Of a stretch of DNA of 64,000 bases, positions 60,787 through 64,000 are shown one piece after another. A program made the position numbers and the translations under genes. The notes beneath the pieces were generated by a model. The model was given only the letters and a program-made list of their open reading frames with translations, was not told the DNA's origin and ran no database searches. Within the stretch, counting starts at the first letter, position 1. Every line of letters starts with the position of its first letter. The stretch is from NCBI GenBank assembly GCA_965178125.1, contig OZ237743.1, positions 248,001 through 312,000 of the forward strand, in the 5' to 3' direction. Source of the DNA: Bilabrum cf. latius. Its lineage: Eukaryota.

Positions 60787-63468
60787 ATGTCGCTGTATGC
60801 CGCAAAATCGGGCAACGTTGACTCTCTCAAGACAGCGCTTGCTGGGGGTGCAGATCCCAACTGCAAAGATGTCGAGGATGACAAATCGCGTCAAATCCTT
60901 GCAGTAGCTGCCTCCCGCGGTCACACTGAAGTGGTTCGAGAATTGATCAAGGCAGGTGCCAATGTACATGCAACATCAGACTTACGCGAGTGGTCCGGCT
61001 GGACCTACGAGCTGTGGTACGGCTCTTGCACAGCTCTTCACGAAGCTGCCAGAAAAGGCAGGACGGAGTGCGCGATAGCTCTTTTAGAAGCAGGCGCAAG
61101 CAAGGAAGTAAGGAATTAGCAGCGTCAAACGCCATACGATTTGGCGCGGGCAGAGGGCCATCGTAAAACTGCGGATGCCATAAGAGCCTTCGATCCGGTT
61201 GCACACTAGAAAAAGCAAGCCGAGGAGGTCGCAAGACAACAGCACGATGCCAAAATGAGAGAAGAGAGAGCTCACCGACAGCTTGCAGAAAAAGAAAGAC
61301 AGCTCGAAGCTCAGGCGCAAGAGATCGCGAAACTGAGGGCAATGGCAGCGGAATCGAGCCACTCGGAGGCCACAAAGAGAGCCGCTTTTGATGAGGCTGC
61401 AGATCCCGTAGAGGCGGAAAAGGCAGCAGCTGTCCCATCCATGGCCATTTCAGTCCATGTGGACCATGGCGGGTAGACAACCAGCGCCCATGGGCCTGAG
61501 ATTCCTTGGAGCTCAGAGCACCAGACAGTCGTGTAGTCCGTGGTAGCTTCTCACGATGCAGCCGTTCGCAGCGCGGAACTCTCTTCGATCGAGGGCGGCG
61601 ACTGGTTCGCGGATCTCAGCGGCAAGGTTAGATTCGTCGCGGGCGGTCAGGGGCGGATCGATCTATCAACTGTGCTTGCCCCCGATATGCTCGAAGGCTC
61701 GGTGCTTGGCGGCAAGGCAAAGATCGTTCCGGCAGGCATAGGCAATCGAAGGCCGGGGCCAGCCGTTAGCTTTGCGCCCGGGACGCTCCCAAGCGAGGCC
61801 TCTATGTCTAGCATTGAAGCAGGCCGTATCCCCCCTCTCAACCTGCCCGGTGGCAAGGGCGGGGTGGGACAGGGGGTGAACGGCTTCGTGTTCGCCGTGG
61901 AGTTGCAACCAAGGGAGAAGAGCAAACCTCCAGCGCAGGTGGCCCTGAAAGGGCTGTTGCCTGTAGTTTCGGCCAGCCAGTACTACTCGTCTGTCTTGCG
62001 AGCCGGCCACCAGGAGGAGTGGCGGGTGCCAAGAGTCGTTGGAGCGCATCCAAACATCGTGGCAGTGAGGCACTCCTTCTTTGGTAGCTCCATGGCTTTG
62101 GTTCCATGGGCAGGCGATTTTCTCATGTTTGGAGCTGTGGCGCGACGCACTACCTGGCTCGTCATGCCATTGTATCCCACCAGTCTGTAGTCCAGTACGA
62201 AGAAAGTGCCTTGTTCTGGCCAGCGGGAGGCTGCGCTTTGGTTGCTGCAAGCGCTGCAAGCAACTCAGCACATGTTTCGCCGGGGGGCCGTCCATCGTGA
62301 CATCAAGGCAGACAACTTTTTCCTAGCAGGGGATGGTCGTCTGGTGCTGGGCGATTTCGGGGCGGGCTGCCTTCTTTTCTACGGTGGACGAGCAGACGCG
62401 TTGGAGCTAGAGTACCAGGAGCACCAGAGAGAGCAGGCGCTGGACCACGCAGCTGCAACGGGGGCAGGATCTGTGGCTTTCGATGAAGCCGGCAGGACAG
62501 AGAGTGGCGGTGCCGAGGAAGCGGTGAGTGAAAGTGCATCAGATGGCACTGCAGCAGAGGCGGAAGAACAGGCGTTGCCGGAAGTTTTCGAAGGTGCTGG
62601 AGAGGACGCCCTAGAGTTTCCATTCATGGTCTCTGTCACGAATTCTGGCGGCGCGTGGGACTGCCGAGCGCCTGAGCTGGTTGCAATGGGGCAACGGACG
62701 CGACCGCTGAAGAAGGATTCGCACGGAAGGCCGCTCCGGACCTTGTCACAAGCCTACGAGATGGCGGATGCATGGGCCGCAGCAAAAACTGTGTGGATGC
62801 TCCTTGCCAGCTCAGATTCTGCACAAACCTTTCCTAGCTCAGCGAAGCTGTACCGAAGCGAGGAGCTGCCAGCGCTTCCGAGCGCAGGACGGCAGCTTGA
62901 GGCGATCCTTCGCGGGCTCCTGCAATCCAGGCCGAGCAATAGGCTTCGTCCAGAGGACGCAATCAGCGCACTGAAAGCTTTTCTCTACGGTCCAGGCACA
63001 CTGAAAGGCGTGGAGAGAGCCGCAGCGCCGGTTAGTTCCGTTCATACAGGTGTACTTTTGGCGCAACATGCCTCTGTACCGGCGGCCTCGGGTGCGGGTG
63101 CAGACAGCAGCGTCGGTGGTGCGCCAGATACGGCCTGGATGGTAGAGGAGGTTGAAGCACAGCTGCAGCTTTGCGCTGCTTTGGATGGCCCCGCAGGTAC
63201 CCATCGGGACGGTGCATCCAAGAGCATATGGTGGGGACTGGCCGGGCAGGCACGGTTTCTGCGGCTGCCCATAGGTGAGGATGCATACGACGCTTTTGGC
63301 TGGGGTGCGGCTCGGTGTGTCGACGGTGAGTCGAGCCTGTGGGACCGACAGATGAGGCGACAAACCCTGCTCAGAGGAGCGTGTCCCGCAGAGTCAGCAG
63401 CCGCTTTATCCAAGGACTGCAAGCAGCTGCTGGATGTCATCCGCAGGTATGCTCTTGGTGACTCGTGA
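60787..63468 (+). CDS. Ankyrin-repeat + coiled-coil + PINK1-like Ser/Thr protein kinase
   Basis: Ankyrin motifs (TALHEAARKG, TPYDLA). Kinase motifs GQGVNGFV, VALK, HPNIV, HRDIKADN, DFG, APE, ADAWA. One frame with TAG at 61117, 61207, 61474, 61534, 62188; TGA 63466-63468. Confidence 0.88.
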
Positions 63469-63756
63469 GTAACCAAGAGAACAACATGTCTAGTCCACTG
63501 AATAAAGCTTGACCTGAAGAGCGCAGCCTCGACAGGCTTGCGACAAGGCCGGCAAATATTGCATCATTCCATCGGACTCCAGCATGCTATCTGAGAAAGT
63601 TACTGGCATCAATGCTCTATGGCATACAGTTCGGTCATTCGTTGCCGGGAACCCATACAGAGTGGTGACCTAGAGTAGCACTGGAGCCAAACGTCCACGC
63701 TCGGCCTACTAGACATTCGTGAGGCAATCCGGGGTCGGTAAACTTGTCCAATGCCG

Positions 63757-64000
63757 TCATTGCCGGCGGCGGCAGTCGCCACAAAACCGTAGCGCAACAG
63801 AATTTCGAATCGACATGCCAAGGACAAGGAGCGACGAGGAAGAGACAGGGGCTGCACCCGTCCCACTGCCACCAGCAGCACCTACACCTGAAGAGGCGCC
63901 TTCGCTGCATCCATCATGCCCTGCAAGTGCCTCGCGAATCCCATGTGCAAGCGCTCTCGCTTCCTGACCCGCCATGCCACCGCCACCCGGCACTGCCTCG
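63757..64000 (-). CDS. Probable C-terminal end of a gene running in from beyond the window
   Basis: Gly/Ala-rich open frame from the window edge to TGA 63757, convergent with the kinase gene. Confidence 0.4.
   Translation of the reverse strand, partial: EAVPGGGGMAGQEARALAHGIREALAGHDGCSEGASSGVGAAGGSGTGAAPVSSSSLLVLGMSIRNSVALRFCGDCRRRQ

Noticed and set aside
1-64000. Cluster of pseudogenes or a poor-quality assembly
   Set aside because: The interruptions are almost exclusively TAG, catalytic motifs are intact and frames are kept over kilobases. Decay or sequencing error would also give TAA, TGA and many indels.

Overview
Gene-dense, GC-rich eukaryotic (protist-like) nuclear DNA with short GT-AG introns and about 19 protein-coding genes. 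No RNA genes, CRISPR arrays or clear mobile elements were seen. The ORF track looks shattered because this genome does not use the standard code: TAG is a sense codon, almost certainly glutamine. Reading TAG through joins same-frame fragments into complete genes: mitochondrial EF-Ts, a USP40-like deubiquitinase, a ~3550-aa BK-type K+ channel with 20 in-frame TAGs, an ankyrin/PINK1-like kinase, ERG24, an SDR reductase, an App1-like phosphatase, a YLPM1-like P-loop protein, LRR proteins and a C2H2 zinc-finger array. TAG sits inside CAG/CAA polyQ runs and aligns with CAG/CAA in a neighbouring paralog. Every gene end I reconstructed is TGA and I found no in-frame TAA, which suggests UAG has been reassigned independently of UAA. 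A second candidate recoding event is a +1 frame switch at TGC_TTT_TTA_C in a cytidine-deaminase-like gene whose HAE and PCxxC motifs are more than 1000 codons apart.
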